DNA of 63,339 nucleotides, the filler included. It is 4 parts of 4 records of this genome, joined end to end, with 100 filler letters (N's around TTAATTAATTAA, not from the genome) between each part and the next. Parts side by side here need not be neighbours in the genome. Positions count along the whole stretch, not along the records: positions 29,008 to 52,508 come from SRR20825006_92; positions 52,609 to 63,339 come from SRR20825006_97; 2 more parts are not named here. One strand, 5' to 3'. Shown one piece after another: positions 50,904 through 60,974 of this stretch. The position numbers and the translations under genes are program-made. The notes beneath the pieces are model-generated. The model searched no databases. It was not told where the DNA came from and saw nothing but the letters and a program-made list of their open reading frames with translations. How positions within the stretch are numbered: position 1 is the stretch's first letter; every line of letters begins with the position of its first letter.

Positions 50904-51031
50904 TTCAATGCAATTTATTGATAACCTGTTTCTTTAGTAATTCATATAAAACCAATTTATCTATTATTTAACTTCTTACATTTAATTTTCTGTGCTATCA
51001 TTTCTTATCTTTAAAAGGAAGAAAAGAAAAC

Positions 51032-52387
51032 ATGGAATACGCAAAGAATATATTAGAAACCATTGGAAATACTCCTTTGGTTAAAATAAATAGAATAACT
51101 AAAGGTATTGAAGCTTTAGTATTGGCTAAAGTAGAAACATTTAACCCTGGGAATTCTGTAAAAGACCGAATGGCGGTTAAAATGGTTGACGATGCAGAGG
51201 CAAATGGGAGTTTAAAACCTGGGGGGACCATAATAGAAGGAACAAGCGGAAATACAGGAATGGGACTTGCATTGGTTGCAATTGCTAGGGGGTATAAATT
51301 AATATGTGTTATTAGCGATAAGCAATCCAAAGAAAAAATGGATATCCTTCGTGCTGTTGGAGCGGAAGTGGTAGTTTGTCCTACCAATGTTTCTCCAGAA
51401 GATCCTCGTTCTTATTATTCGGTTTCTAAAAGATTGTCTGAAGAAACTCCTAATTCATGGTACGTAAACCAGTATGATAATCTTTCAAATTCATTAGCAC
51501 ATTACGAGCAAACAGGGCCAGAAATTTGGAAGCAAACAGATGGAAAAATCACTCATTTTATTGTAGGAGTGGGTACTGGTGGAACCATTTCTGGGGTAGG
51601 AAAATACCTTAAAGAAAAGAATCCAAACATTAAAATTTGGGGAGTAGATGCCTATGGTTCTGTTTTTAAAAAATATCATGAAACAGGTGTTTTTGATGAA
51701 AATGAAATTTATACGTACATAACCGAAGGAATTGGGGAGGATATTCTTCCTAAAAATGTAGACTTTGAGGTAATTGATGGTTTTACTAAAGTTACCGATA
51801 AGGATGGAGCTGTTTTTACAAGGAAACTAGCCAAAGAGGAAGGCATTTTTGTTGGTTATTCTGCAGGTTCCGCCATAAAAGGAGTACTACAACTTAAAGA
51901 GCATTTCAAGCCAGAAGATGTAGTGGTTGTTTTATTTCACGATTCGGGAAGTAGATATATTGCCAAAGTTTTTAATGACGATTGGATGCGAGATCGTGGG
52001 TTTTTGGAAACTGAGGTTAAGTTGGCGGAAGATTTAATAGGTATAAATGAACATGAATTAATTACAGCTAAAACAGAAGAGTTGGTGGCTCATGCAATTG
52101 AGCGAATGAAGAAATACAACATCTCTCAAATTCCTGTGGTAGATTCTAAAGGTTTTGTAGGTTCTTTGGATGAATCTACACTTTTTAAAGCATACATAGA
52201 CAACAAAGATATAGCAGATAAACCAATTAAAGAGATTATGCAATCTCCTTTTCCAATGGTGAAAAAGAATCTAGCAATAGATGAACTTTCAAAGCTTATT
52301 AATAGAGAAAATAAAGCTGTTTTGGTGGATTTAGGGAATGGGAAGTTTCGAATAATTACCAAACATGATATTATAAGTGCTATTTAA
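51032..52387 (+). CDS. Cystathionine beta-synthase (PLP domain + CBS pair)
   Basis: IGNTPLV, NPGNSVKDR, TSGNTG, GTGGT; C-terminal CBS domains. Confidence 0.88.
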   Translation: MEYAKNILETIGNTPLVKINRITKGIEALVLAKVETFNPGNSVKDRMAVKMVDDAEANGSLKPGGTIIEGTSGNTGMGLALVAIARGYKLICVISDKQSKEKMDILRAVGAEVVVCPTNVSPEDPRSYYSVSKRLSEETPNSWYVNQYDNLSNSLAHYEQTGPEIWKQTDGKITHFIVGVGTGGTISGVGKYLKEKNPNIKIWGVDAYGSVFKKYHETGVFDENEIYTYITEGIGEDILPKNVDFEVIDGFTKVTDKDGAVFTRKLAKEEGIFVGYSAGSAIKGVLQLKEHFKPEDVVVVLFHDSGSRYIAKVFNDDWMRDRGFLETEVKLAEDLIGINEHELITAKTEELVAHAIERMKKYNISQIPVVDSKGFVGSLDESTLFKAYIDNKDIADKPIKEIMQSPFPMVKKNLAIDELSKLINRENKAVLVDLGNGKFRIITKHDIISAI

Positions 52388-52508
52388 TCCCTTATTGAGG
52401 GTCTAATTCCTTAGAGCCTGTACTAAGTATTTCGAAGGCTTTGTATCAAAATAAATTAAATTATTTTCCTTTGAAAATTTCGTAGGCTTGCCTCGAGGTA
52501 GTTGATTA
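52384..52508 (+). repeat. Long (~125 bp) form of the dispersed repeat, starting at a stop codon and ending at the gap
   Basis: Aligns with 58635-58758 and 1-66. Confidence 0.75.
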
Positions 52509-52608
52509 NNNNNNNNNNNNNNNNNNNNNNNNNNNNNNNNNNNNNNNNNNNNTTAATTAATTAANNNNNNNNNNNNNNNNNNNNNNNNNNNNNNNNNNNN
52601 NNNNNNNN
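52509..52608. other. Artificial contig linker
   Basis: 44 N + TTAATTAATTAA + 44 N. Confidence 0.97.
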
Positions 52609-52689
52609 CCCTTGATATATGTGGAATGCAATAAACGCAGTCTGCTTTTATCGGACAACAATAACTAAAATTACAGAACCCTAATAAAA

Positions 52690-53427
52690 CTACTCCTTAA
52701 CCGTTACGTTCTCTAATTCTATTTTAGATAATAATTCTAATTTACCAGCATCAAAAAGACTGTCTAACTCAATCAATTTAGAAGCTTTAGAAACTGGCTT
52801 ATAATTATTGTAATCCACAAAGTCGATTCCTTTAATGACTCTCCTATTATAAGCCTCTCGGAAACGCATTCCTCCTTCGTTTACATGGTATTCGTACGCT
52901 AGGTAATCTGTCTTAAAAGTTTCTTTATTCACCCAATATATAAAAACATCTTCAAAGTCTTCTCCGCCACCTTCTTGATCAAACCACACTTTAATTTTAA
53001 AGTAAGACACCCTTTTAATAGTCGCTTCTCCTAACAATTTTTTATTAACAGCTTGCCCATCCAAACCATTAGGTAAATACGCAAAGTAATGCACCGAGTT
53101 TACACTGTTTTTATACTTGTTTTTAGTTGAATCTGCCAACACCACTTCCTTTCCGTTAATAAGTCTAGTAAAGCCGGTATTAGTAATAATATCTGTAGTA
53201 GTAACCGAATCCTGAATAATTCTTTTTAATTCAAATTTTCCGTTATCATGATAGGATTCATATTTTTTATCTCTAAAATCAAAAGAAACATGCTTCTTAT
53301 TTAAGTTCTTCATGCCAGAAGCTTGAATAGTCTTATTAATAATACTAGCAGCAGCATCTTCTTTTTGTGCGCAAGCAACACATAAAACTGTAATAAAAAT
53401 AATTAAAGAAAAGTGTTTTACATTCAT
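52690..53427 (-). CDS. Lipoprotein, DUF6503-like
   Basis: CVAC lipobox; NSVHYFAYLP, GGGEDFEDVF, YLAY, RFREA. Confidence 0.7.
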   Translation of the reverse strand: MNVKHFSLIIFITVLCVACAQKEDAAASIINKTIQASGMKNLNKKHVSFDFRDKKYESYHDNGKFELKRIIQDSVTTTDIITNTGFTRLINGKEVVLADSTKNKYKNSVNSVHYFAYLPNGLDGQAVNKKLLGEATIKRVSYFKIKVWFDQEGGGEDFEDVFIYWVNKETFKTDYLAYEYHVNEGGMRFREAYNRRVIKGIDFVDYNNYKPVSKASKLIELDSLFDAGKLELLSKIELENVTVKE

Positions 53428-53454
53428 TTTAATCCTTGTATTTTTTTTTATAAA

Positions 53455-53615
53455 TGAACTCGTTTATACCTTTTTTAATTCCTAAAAAATGACTGAAATT
53501 TACTTATATCTAACTACTTTTATTATACGTAGCCATGCTATGCCTTTCAAAAAGCATCTCATCTAAACAAATTTCAGTTTATTTTCGGTTAAAACAAAAA
53601 GTATAAACGAGTTCA
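53455..53615. mobile_element. 161-bp MITE-like element with ~47-bp imperfect terminal inverted repeats
   Basis: TGAACTCGTTTATAC...GTATAAACGAGTTCA perfect 15-bp ends, inner ACTGAAATTT/AAATTTCAGT, central CGTAGCCATGCTATG hairpin. Confidence 0.65.
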
Positions 53616-53731
53616 ATAAGACGCAAATATATTGTTTTGATTACACAAAAAAACGACTTACTTTATAAATCCATCTTAAAATAGAAGAATTAAATATTGC
53701 GATTCAATAATTGTTCTTATTTTTGACGCTT

Positions 53732-54190
53732 ATGCAGAATAATGTTAACATAAAGAATAAAAAGGCTCGTTTTGAATATGAGATTTTAGACAAGTACATT
53801 GCTGGTATTGTTTTATCGGGTACTGAAATAAAATCGATTCGTCAAAGCAGGGCTTCTATTGCTGAAAGTTTTTGTGAGTTCAACGAAAAAGGAGAACTCT
53901 TTGTAATTAATATGACGGTTGAAGAATATACACACGCTACACATTTTAACCACCAACCAAAAAGCGCTCGTAAATTATTACTTAATAAACGAGAACTAAA
54001 AAAGTGGCATAAAGCGGTAAAAGTATCTGGAAACACCATCGTTCCTTTACGATTATTCGTTAATGATAAAGGTCTTGCTAAAATGCAAATAGCTTTAGCA
54101 AAAGGTAAAAAACTTTATGATAAGCGAGAAACCATTAAAGACCGAGACAACAAACGAAACCTAGATAGGGTCAAAAAGGCTTACAATTAA
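53732..54190 (+). CDS. smpB: SsrA-binding protein
   Basis: NKKARFEY, AGIVLSGTEIKSIR, RKLLL, KGKKLYDKRE; ATG 53732 follows TATTTTTG. Confidence 0.96.
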   Translation: MQNNVNIKNKKARFEYEILDKYIAGIVLSGTEIKSIRQSRASIAESFCEFNEKGELFVINMTVEEYTHATHFNHQPKSARKLLLNKRELKKWHKAVKVSGNTIVPLRLFVNDKGLAKMQIALAKGKKLYDKRETIKDRDNKRNLDRVKKAYN

Positions 54191-54454
54191 TTAGTCTTCT
54201 GAATTAACAGAACCATTAGCTTCTGCCAATTCTTTAGGCTTTTTCCAAAATATCAAACAAATTCCTCCTGAGATTAAGGAGCTTATAATAACACCTACAA
54301 TTAGGATGTTTCTCCCTGGGTTATCTTGATCCAATGTGTAATTCAACACCCCAAAAAGCACAATTCCCAATATTACATCTAGCACCAATTGGATAATCCA
54401 ATATGCCCAAATTCCTTTTTTTGTAAGTTTCTTTAAAAATAATCTGTCTAACAT
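54191..54454 (-). CDS. Small membrane protein (2 TM)
   Basis: Hydrophobic ORF 7 nt downstream of pcm on the same strand. Confidence 0.6.
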   Translation of the reverse strand: MLDRLFLKKLTKKGIWAYWIIQLVLDVILGIVLFGVLNYTLDQDNPGRNILIVGVIISSLISGGICLIFWKKPKELAEANGSVNSED

Positions 54455-54461
54455 AAAGTTT

Positions 54462-55103
54462 TTAATTTTTATCTTCTAATAATGGAACAAATCTAAACTC
54501 CCCAAATTCGTACTTTTCAAATTCTTTTGGAGATTTACGAGTAAAGAGCGTCATTATTTGCACTTCATCTCCAACTGGAATAACAAGTTTTCCTCCCACC
54601 TTTAATTGCGCCATTAAAGGTTTTGGTACAAAAGGCGCTCCAGCTGTTACTATTATTCCGTCAAAAGGAGCTTCTGCAGCTAAACCCTTATACCCATCAC
54701 CAAAAATCATACGCTTAGGCTTATATCCTAATTTTGGTAAAAAGAGATTCGTTTTTTTAAATAACTCTTTTTGTCTTTCTATTGTGTATACCGCAGCTCC
54801 CAATTCTAAAAGCATAGCTGTTTGATACCCACTTCCTGTCCCAATTTCAAGAATTTTTGCCCCTCGTTTTATCTCTAATAATTCTGTTTGAAAAGCAACT
54901 GTATATGGCTGAGAAATTGTTTGGCTTGCAGCTATCGGAAAAGCCTTGTCTTGATACGCATGGTCTTCAAAACTACTATCCATAAACAAATGTCTAGGAA
55001 TTTTCTTTACCGCATTGATAACTCTCCGATCAGAAATTCCTTTTTTTTGTAGGGTTTCCGCCAGTTTATTTCGCATTCCTTGGTGTCTATAGGTATCTTT
55101 CAA
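54462..55103 (-). CDS. pcm: Protein-L-isoaspartate O-methyltransferase
   Basis: PRHLF, QTISQPY, LEIGTGSGYQ, APFDGIIVTAG, RFVPL; TTG start. Confidence 0.95.
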   Translation of the reverse strand: MKDTYRHQGMRNKLAETLQKKGISDRRVINAVKKIPRHLFMDSSFEDHAYQDKAFPIAASQTISQPYTVAFQTELLEIKRGAKILEIGTGSGYQTAMLLELGAAVYTIERQKELFKKTNLFLPKLGYKPKRMIFGDGYKGLAAEAPFDGIIVTAGAPFVPKPLMAQLKVGGKLVIPVGDEVQIMTLFTRKSPKEFEKYEFGEFRFVPLLEDKN

Positions 55104-55370
55104 GCTTAGAGTTTTAGCAGTGCAAAACTATAAATTTTTAAATGAATTTTCTCCCTCAAGAAAAGCATAAAAAATTACATCCTTGTTTATGAGAGAATTA
55201 AAGTACTAAGAAGTTATCAACATCAAAACAACACCTCAAATAAAATAATAATGCGTATTTTAGATTTTCATTCTCATAGCCTAAAGGTTCCTTTTTATTC
55301 ATTTATAAAAAAGATAGATATGGTTGAAAGAATGCAGCAATAATCTTATTTTTGTTTAAAAACATAACGT

Positions 55371-56339
55371 ATGCTTAAAGCAGGTGTTCTAGGTGCTGGT
55401 CACCTTGGAAAAATTCATTTAAGACTTATCAATCAATCTGATAAATATGAACTCGTAGGTTTTTATGACCCAGACGAGAAAAATGCTAAGAAAATAGTAA
55501 AAGAGTTTGGATATAAATATTTTGCTTCTATTAACGATTTAATAGATGCGGTAGATGTAGTAGACATAGTAACTCCCACCCTTTCTCATTATGAATGTGC
55601 TTTAAAAGCCATAAAAAAGGGAAGGCATGTTTTCTTAGAAAAACCTATTACCAAAACAGTAAAAGAAGCCGAAGAGCTAATTGATTTGGCCAAACAAAAC
55701 AATGTAAAAGGTCAGGTAGGTCATGTGGAGCGTTTCAACCCTGCTTTTATTTCTGTAAAAGAAAAGGTAGAAAATCCTATGTTTATAGAAACACATCGTT
55801 TGGCAGAGTTCAATCCACGAGGTACCGATGTGCCTGTGGTACTCGATTTAATGATTCATGATATTGATATCATTTTGAGCGTTGTTAAGTCGCCCGTAAA
55901 AAAAATAAATGCAAGTGGCGTTTCTGTCATAAGCAAGTCTCCAGACATAGCCAATGCAAGAATTGAATTCGAAAATGGATGTGTTGCTAATCTTACAGCA
56001 AGCAGAATTTCGTTAAAAAACATGCGTAAATCTAGGTTTTTTCAACGTGACGCATATATATCAGTAGATTTTTTGGAGAAACAAGTAGAGGTTGTTAAAA
56101 TGAAAGACGCTCCTAAAAAACCCGATGAATACGCATTAGTATTACAAAATGCTGAAGGTGACAAAAAGCAAATCTATTTTGAGAACCCTAAAGTAACTCA
56201 AAATAACGCTATTTTAGATGAATTAGAATCGTTTGCAGATGCTATAAATAATAACACAGAAACTGCAGTGAGTTTAGAACATGGAACAGCCGCACTAAAA
56301 GTTGCAATGGAAATTGTTGCGCTGGTTGAAGGCGAATAA
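55371..56339 (+). CDS. Gfo/Idh/MocA family oxidoreductase
   Basis: GAGHLG, EKP, GHVERFNP, DLMIHDID. Confidence 0.9.
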   Translation: MLKAGVLGAGHLGKIHLRLINQSDKYELVGFYDPDEKNAKKIVKEFGYKYFASINDLIDAVDVVDIVTPTLSHYECALKAIKKGRHVFLEKPITKTVKEAEELIDLAKQNNVKGQVGHVERFNPAFISVKEKVENPMFIETHRLAEFNPRGTDVPVVLDLMIHDIDIILSVVKSPVKKINASGVSVISKSPDIANARIEFENGCVANLTASRISLKNMRKSRFFQRDAYISVDFLEKQVEVVKMKDAPKKPDEYALVLQNAEGDKKQIYFENPKVTQNNAILDELESFADAINNNTETAVSLEHGTAALKVAMEIVALVEGE

Positions 56340-56380
56340 CACAAAGTTTCAACTTTTATACTTTTTAAACTTTTTTTCAA

Positions 56381-57274
56381 ATGACCGACATAAAAAATAT
56401 AGCCATAATTGGAGCAGGAACCATGGGGAATGGAATTGCTCATACCTTTGCCCAAAGCGGTTACAAAGTTAATTTGATTGATATTTCTGAAGTTTCCCTT
56501 GTTAAGGGCCTAAATACTATTGAGAAAAATCTTGATAGAATGCTGGCAAAAGAAAAAATATCAGAAGTAGATAAAAAAAACACATTAGAGAATATCTCTA
56601 CACATACCAACCTAAAGAATGGAGTTAAAGGAGCTGATTTAGTTGTTGAAGCTGCTACAGAAAATGAAGAGTTAAAGCTTAAAATTTTTAAAGATTTAAA
56701 TGATTTTTGTGCTTCTGAAACCATTTTAGCAACCAATACTTCCTCTATTTCCATTACTAAAATTGCTACTGCTGTTACTAATCCTGCCCGTGTTATTGGA
56801 ATGCACTTTATGAATCCGGTACCTATTATGAAATTGGTAGAGATAATAAAAGGCTACAATACGAGTGAAGAGGTTTTAAATAGTATTCTAAAACTATCTA
56901 AAGCTATAGGGAAAGTTCCTGTGGAAGTAAACGATTATCCCGGGTTTGTTGCCAACCGCATTTTAATGCCCATGATAAATGAAGCTATTGAGACTCTTTA
57001 TAATGGTGTTGCCGGAGTTTATGAAATAGATACCGTTATGAAGCTTGGAATGGCACATCCAATGGGACCGCTACAATTAGCAGATTTTATAGGGTTAGAC
57101 GTATGTTTATCTATTTTAAATGTTATGTATGATGGATTTAAAAACCCAAAATACGCTCCTTGTCCACTATTAGTAAATATGGTTACAGCAGGAAAGTTAG
57201 GAGTAAAATCTGGCGAAGGTTTTTATGATTATACAGAGAATCAACAACCTAAGGTTAAATCTGCTAGGAATTAG
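56381..57274 (+). CDS. hbd: 3-hydroxybutyryl-CoA dehydrogenase
   Basis: GAGTMGNG, EAATE, TNTSS, GMHFMNP, PGFVANR, HPMGPL. Confidence 0.9.
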   Translation: MTDIKNIAIIGAGTMGNGIAHTFAQSGYKVNLIDISEVSLVKGLNTIEKNLDRMLAKEKISEVDKKNTLENISTHTNLKNGVKGADLVVEAATENEELKLKIFKDLNDFCASETILATNTSSISITKIATAVTNPARVIGMHFMNPVPIMKLVEIIKGYNTSEEVLNSILKLSKAIGKVPVEVNDYPGFVANRILMPMINEAIETLYNGVAGVYEIDTVMKLGMAHPMGPLQLADFIGLDVCLSILNVMYDGFKNPKYAPCPLLVNMVTAGKLGVKSGEGFYDYTENQQPKVKSARN

Positions 57275-57405
57275 AAGGAAACGATGAAAACATTTCAACA
57301 CAAATGTGAAGGCATTAAAATCTTACTTAGTGAGCAAAAAAGTAGAGAATATTTCAAAACAGTTTCAGAAATAAACAGATCAGTAATTTCAATATAATAT
57401 AAAGA

Positions 57406-58638
57406 ATGGTAAAAATAATTCCGTTTACAGCAGTACGTCCAACCAAAGATAAAGTTGGATTGGTAGTTTCCCGCTCATATGAGGACTACCCTGTAGACGA
57501 GTTAAACACTACGCTTTCTTACAATCCTTTTTCGTTTTTACATATTATAAATCCGGGATATAAATTCCATCATGATATTTCTGGAGAAAGACGTTTTTCT
57601 CTAGTTAAAAATCGCTATTTAGAATTTATAGAAGAAGATATATTTTTAAAAGACAAGAATCCTGCTTTTTATATTTATAAAATTAAAACTCGAAAAAGCA
57701 CTTTCTGTGGTATTTTTGCGGGGGCTAGTATTGACGATTACCGAAAAAATAATATTAAAAAACACGAAGCCACTTTACAAACCCGAGAAAAGCTATTTAA
57801 GGAATATTTAAAAACAGTGGGGTTCAATGCCGAACCTGTACTCCTAACCTACCCCGACAATAATAGGATTGATGAAATTATAAAATCTATAACAGTTCAA
57901 AATCCAGAATATGAATTTGCAACAACCGACAAAGCAATTCATTATTTATGGAAAGTGGATGATGGTAATATAGTTTCAGAAATTCAACAAGTTTTTAAAG
58001 AATTAGATGGTGTATATATTGCCGATGGTCATCATCGTTCGGCATCTTCAAATCTTCTCGCTGAAGAACTTCAGCAGAAAAATCCTAAACACACTGGAGA
58101 AGAACCTTATAATTATTTTATGAGCTATTTAATTCCAGAGTCGAATTTAAAAATTTACGAATTCAATAGAATGGTTAAAGATTTAAACGGGTTGAGTAAA
58201 GAGGAATTTTTAATTCATTTAGATGAATATTTTAGAATTGAGAATCGGGGTGCCGATTTGTATAAACCTTCTAAAATTCATCACTTTGGAATGTATTTAG
58301 AAGGCGAATTCTATTCTCTATATTTAAGAAAAAATTACCCTTTTACTAATTCTTTAAGCGAGCTGGATACTCAAATTTTGTTCGTCACAATTTTAAAACC
58401 TATTTTAGGTATTGAAGATCTTAGAAACGACAGTAGAATTGAATATGGTTACGGAAAATATAACACTATCAAAATGAAAGATTCAATTGATAATGGTAAA
58501 TTTAAAGTAGGATTTAGCTTATATCCTGTAAAAGTTTCACAAATGAAGCAAATAGCAGATGATGGATTAAAAATGCCGCCTAAAACAACCTATATTGAAC
58601 CTAAATTAAAAAGCGGACTCACTATTTATGAGTTTTAA
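57406..58638 (+). CDS. DUF1015 family protein
   Basis: KKHE.T, YIADGHHRSAS, MPPKTTYIEPKLKSGL. Confidence 0.88.
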   Translation: MVKIIPFTAVRPTKDKVGLVVSRSYEDYPVDELNTTLSYNPFSFLHIINPGYKFHHDISGERRFSLVKNRYLEFIEEDIFLKDKNPAFYIYKIKTRKSTFCGIFAGASIDDYRKNNIKKHEATLQTREKLFKEYLKTVGFNAEPVLLTYPDNNRIDEIIKSITVQNPEYEFATTDKAIHYLWKVDDGNIVSEIQQVFKELDGVYIADGHHRSASSNLLAEELQQKNPKHTGEEPYNYFMSYLIPESNLKIYEFNRMVKDLNGLSKEEFLIHLDEYFRIENRGADLYKPSKIHHFGMYLEGEFYSLYLRKNYPFTNSLSELDTQILFVTILKPILGIEDLRNDSRIEYGYGKYNTIKMKDSIDNGKFKVGFSLYPVKVSQMKQIADDGLKMPPKTTYIEPKLKSGLTIYEF

Positions 58639-58758
58639 TCCTTCACAGAGGGTTTAATTCTTTAAAACCTACCCTGATTTATAAGGGCACTGAGTTGAAA
58701 TGAGTTAAATGTGTTTCACTTAAAACACCCTTTTGGGCTTGTCTCAAGAGAATTAATT
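58635..58758 (+). repeat. Degenerate long copy of the dispersed repeat, starting at a stop codon
   Basis: TTAATCCTTCACAGAGGGTTTAATTCTTTA...GGGCTTGTCTCAAG aligns with 52384-52508. Confidence 0.6.
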
Positions 58759-58845
58759 CATTATTAAAGATTTTGTATTGAAACATGGATGTTTCAAAGA
58801 TTAAATAGAAACACTCACTTTGTGAGAATAATTAGAAAATATAAA

Positions 58846-59520
58846 ATGTCTGTTCAAGAGAATTTAACACATATAAAAAAAGAACTTCCTAAAAATGTTA
58901 CACTGGTTGCTGTTTCCAAAACTAAGCCAAACGGAGCTATTTTAGAAGCCTATGAAGCTGGACAGCGAGTGTTTGGTGAAAATAAGATTCAGGAAATGAC
59001 CGATAAATGGGAAGCTTTACCAAAAGACATTGAATGGCATATGATTGGGCATGTACAAAGAAATAAAGTAAAGTATATGGCGCCTTTTGTAAACCTAATT
59101 CATGGAGTAGATAGCTTGAAGTTATTAAAAGAAATAAATAAACAAGCTAAAAAAAATGACCGCATTATCTCCTGTTTACTCCAAATGCATATTGCCAAGG
59201 AAAGCACTAAATTTGGAATGGATGAGACGGAAATTAAAAGCCTTATTTCTTCTGAAGAATTTAAGCAAATGGAAAATGTAAAAGTAATCGGACTCATGGG
59301 AATGGCCACTTTTACTGAGGATGAAGCACAAATAAAAGAAGAGTTTTCTACCCTAGCGTCCCTTTTTAATTTACTAAAAGAAAGCAATCCAACAACAGAA
59401 AAAATTGACTTGCAAGTTTTATCTATGGGAATGAGTGGCGATTATAAAATTGCTATTAAATCTGGAAGTAATATGGTTAGAATTGGAAGTAGTATTTTTG
59501 GAGCAAGAAATTATAGTTAG
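58846..59520 (+). CDS. yggS: YggS/PLPBP pyridoxal phosphate homeostasis protein
   Basis: VAVSKTK, FGENKIQE, WHMIG, GLMGMA, LSMGMSGD, VRIGSSIFG; ATG 58846 preferred. Confidence 0.95.
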   Translation: MSVQENLTHIKKELPKNVTLVAVSKTKPNGAILEAYEAGQRVFGENKIQEMTDKWEALPKDIEWHMIGHVQRNKVKYMAPFVNLIHGVDSLKLLKEINKQAKKNDRIISCLLQMHIAKESTKFGMDETEIKSLISSEEFKQMENVKVIGLMGMATFTEDEAQIKEEFSTLASLFNLLKESNPTTEKIDLQVLSMGMSGDYKIAIKSGSNMVRIGSSIFGARNYS

Positions 59521-59615
59521 ATAAGATTAGTGATAATATAAAACAAGAGTTGTAAGTTGTATCCTGCAAAGATTATGATTTAATACTTTCAACTAACACA
59601 TTACAATACAAAAGA

Positions 59616-60974
59616 ATGTACGCAATACTCGATATAGAAACCACAGGTGGAAAATACAACGAAGAAGGAATTACCGAGATTGCTATATATAAATTTGATG
59701 GCCATAAAGTTGTAGATCAATTTATTAGTTTGGTTAATCCTGAGAAGGAAATTCAGCCATTTGTAGTAAAACTAACTGGAATTAATAATAATATGTTAGC
59801 TACAGCACCAAAATTTCATGAGGTAGCCAAACGTATTGTAGAAATTACCGATGGAGCAACACTTGTTGCTCATAATGCTCAATTTGACTACAGAATATTA
59901 CAAACAGAGTTTAGACGACTAGGATACGATTACCAGCGAAAATCTGTTTGCACTGTAGAATTAGCAAAAGAACTAATTCCAGACCAACCTTCTTATAGCT
60001 TAGGAAAACTTGTTAGATCTCTTGGAATACCGGTAAGCGATCGCCATCGTGCTAATGGAGATGCACAGGCTACAGTAAAACTCTTTAAAATGTTGTTGGC
60101 CAAAGACACTTCAAAAAAAATAGTTCAGAATAACATCCGTGCAGAAAATATAGGTCAGCTCAATCCTAAATTAATAGATATTGTTGAGCAACTTCCTACT
60201 TCGGTAGGCGTTTTTTACGTACACAACACCGAAGGAGAAGTTATTTTTTTATCAAAAAGTAGTAATATCCAAAAACGAGTAAATCAACTATTTGCATCTT
60301 CTTCAAAAAAGAATAAGCGACTTCAAAAAGAGGTAAAAGCAGTAACTTATGAAGAAACTGGTAATGAACTAATAGCGCTTTTAAAGGAAAATTCAGAAGT
60401 AAAAAAGAGCACTCCTATTTATAACGTAAAAAATAAAAAGCTCTTTTCGCATGCACTATATTCTAAAGAAAGTAAAGAAGGTTATCTTACTCTAAAAATT
60501 GGAAAAGCAGATAATAGGAAGCAATACATCACTACTTTTTCTAGCTACCAGCAGGCTTATAATGTACTCCATGCTATTGATGAAGAGTTTACATTATGTA
60601 ATAAATTAAACGGTTTATCTGAAGCTAAAAAGAATTGTTATAATTATACTATTGAAAAATGTTTTGGAGCTTGTACAAATGAGGAACCTCCGAGCATCTA
60701 TAATAAAAGAGTACGAAAAGCCATCTACAAATATGGTTTTCAAGATACTAGTTTTATCATTTCAGATAGAGGGCGTAACATTAATGAACGTAGTGTTATT
60801 TTAATTCAAAACGGGGAATTTAAAGGCTTTGGATTCTATGAATTAAATCATCAAATTAATAATATAGCTATTTTAGAGTCTATCATTACCCCGATGGAAA
60901 ACACAACAGATGCTAAACATATAATACAATCATATCTCAGAAAAAAGAAATCGCCTAAAATTGTATCATTATAA
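59616..60974 (+). CDS. DEDDh 3'-5' exonuclease (DnaQ-like) fused to a degenerate GIY-YIG/UvrC-like domain
   Basis: LDIETTG, AHNAQFD, HRANGDA; LPTSVGVFY segment and cysteine cluster. Confidence 0.85.
   Translation: MYAILDIETTGGKYNEEGITEIAIYKFDGHKVVDQFISLVNPEKEIQPFVVKLTGINNNMLATAPKFHEVAKRIVEITDGATLVAHNAQFDYRILQTEFRRLGYDYQRKSVCTVELAKELIPDQPSYSLGKLVRSLGIPVSDRHRANGDAQATVKLFKMLLAKDTSKKIVQNNIRAENIGQLNPKLIDIVEQLPTSVGVFYVHNTEGEVIFLSKSSNIQKRVNQLFASSSKKNKRLQKEVKAVTYEETGNELIALLKENSEVKKSTPIYNVKNKKLFSHALYSKESKEGYLTLKIGKADNRKQYITTFSSYQQAYNVLHAIDEEFTLCNKLNGLSEAKKNCYNYTIEKCFGACTNEEPPSIYNKRVRKAIYKYGFQDTSFIISDRGRNINERSVILIQNGEFKGFGFYELNHQINNIAILESIITPMENTTDAKHIIQSYLRKKKSPKIVSL

Noticed and set aside
55214..55222. 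DnaA-box-like TTATCAACA
   Set aside because: Single imperfect site with no cluster or origin-associated genes
57284..57397. 37-aa ORF MKTFQHKCEG... between hbd and the DUF1015 gene
   Set aside because: No recognisable features; consistent with chance
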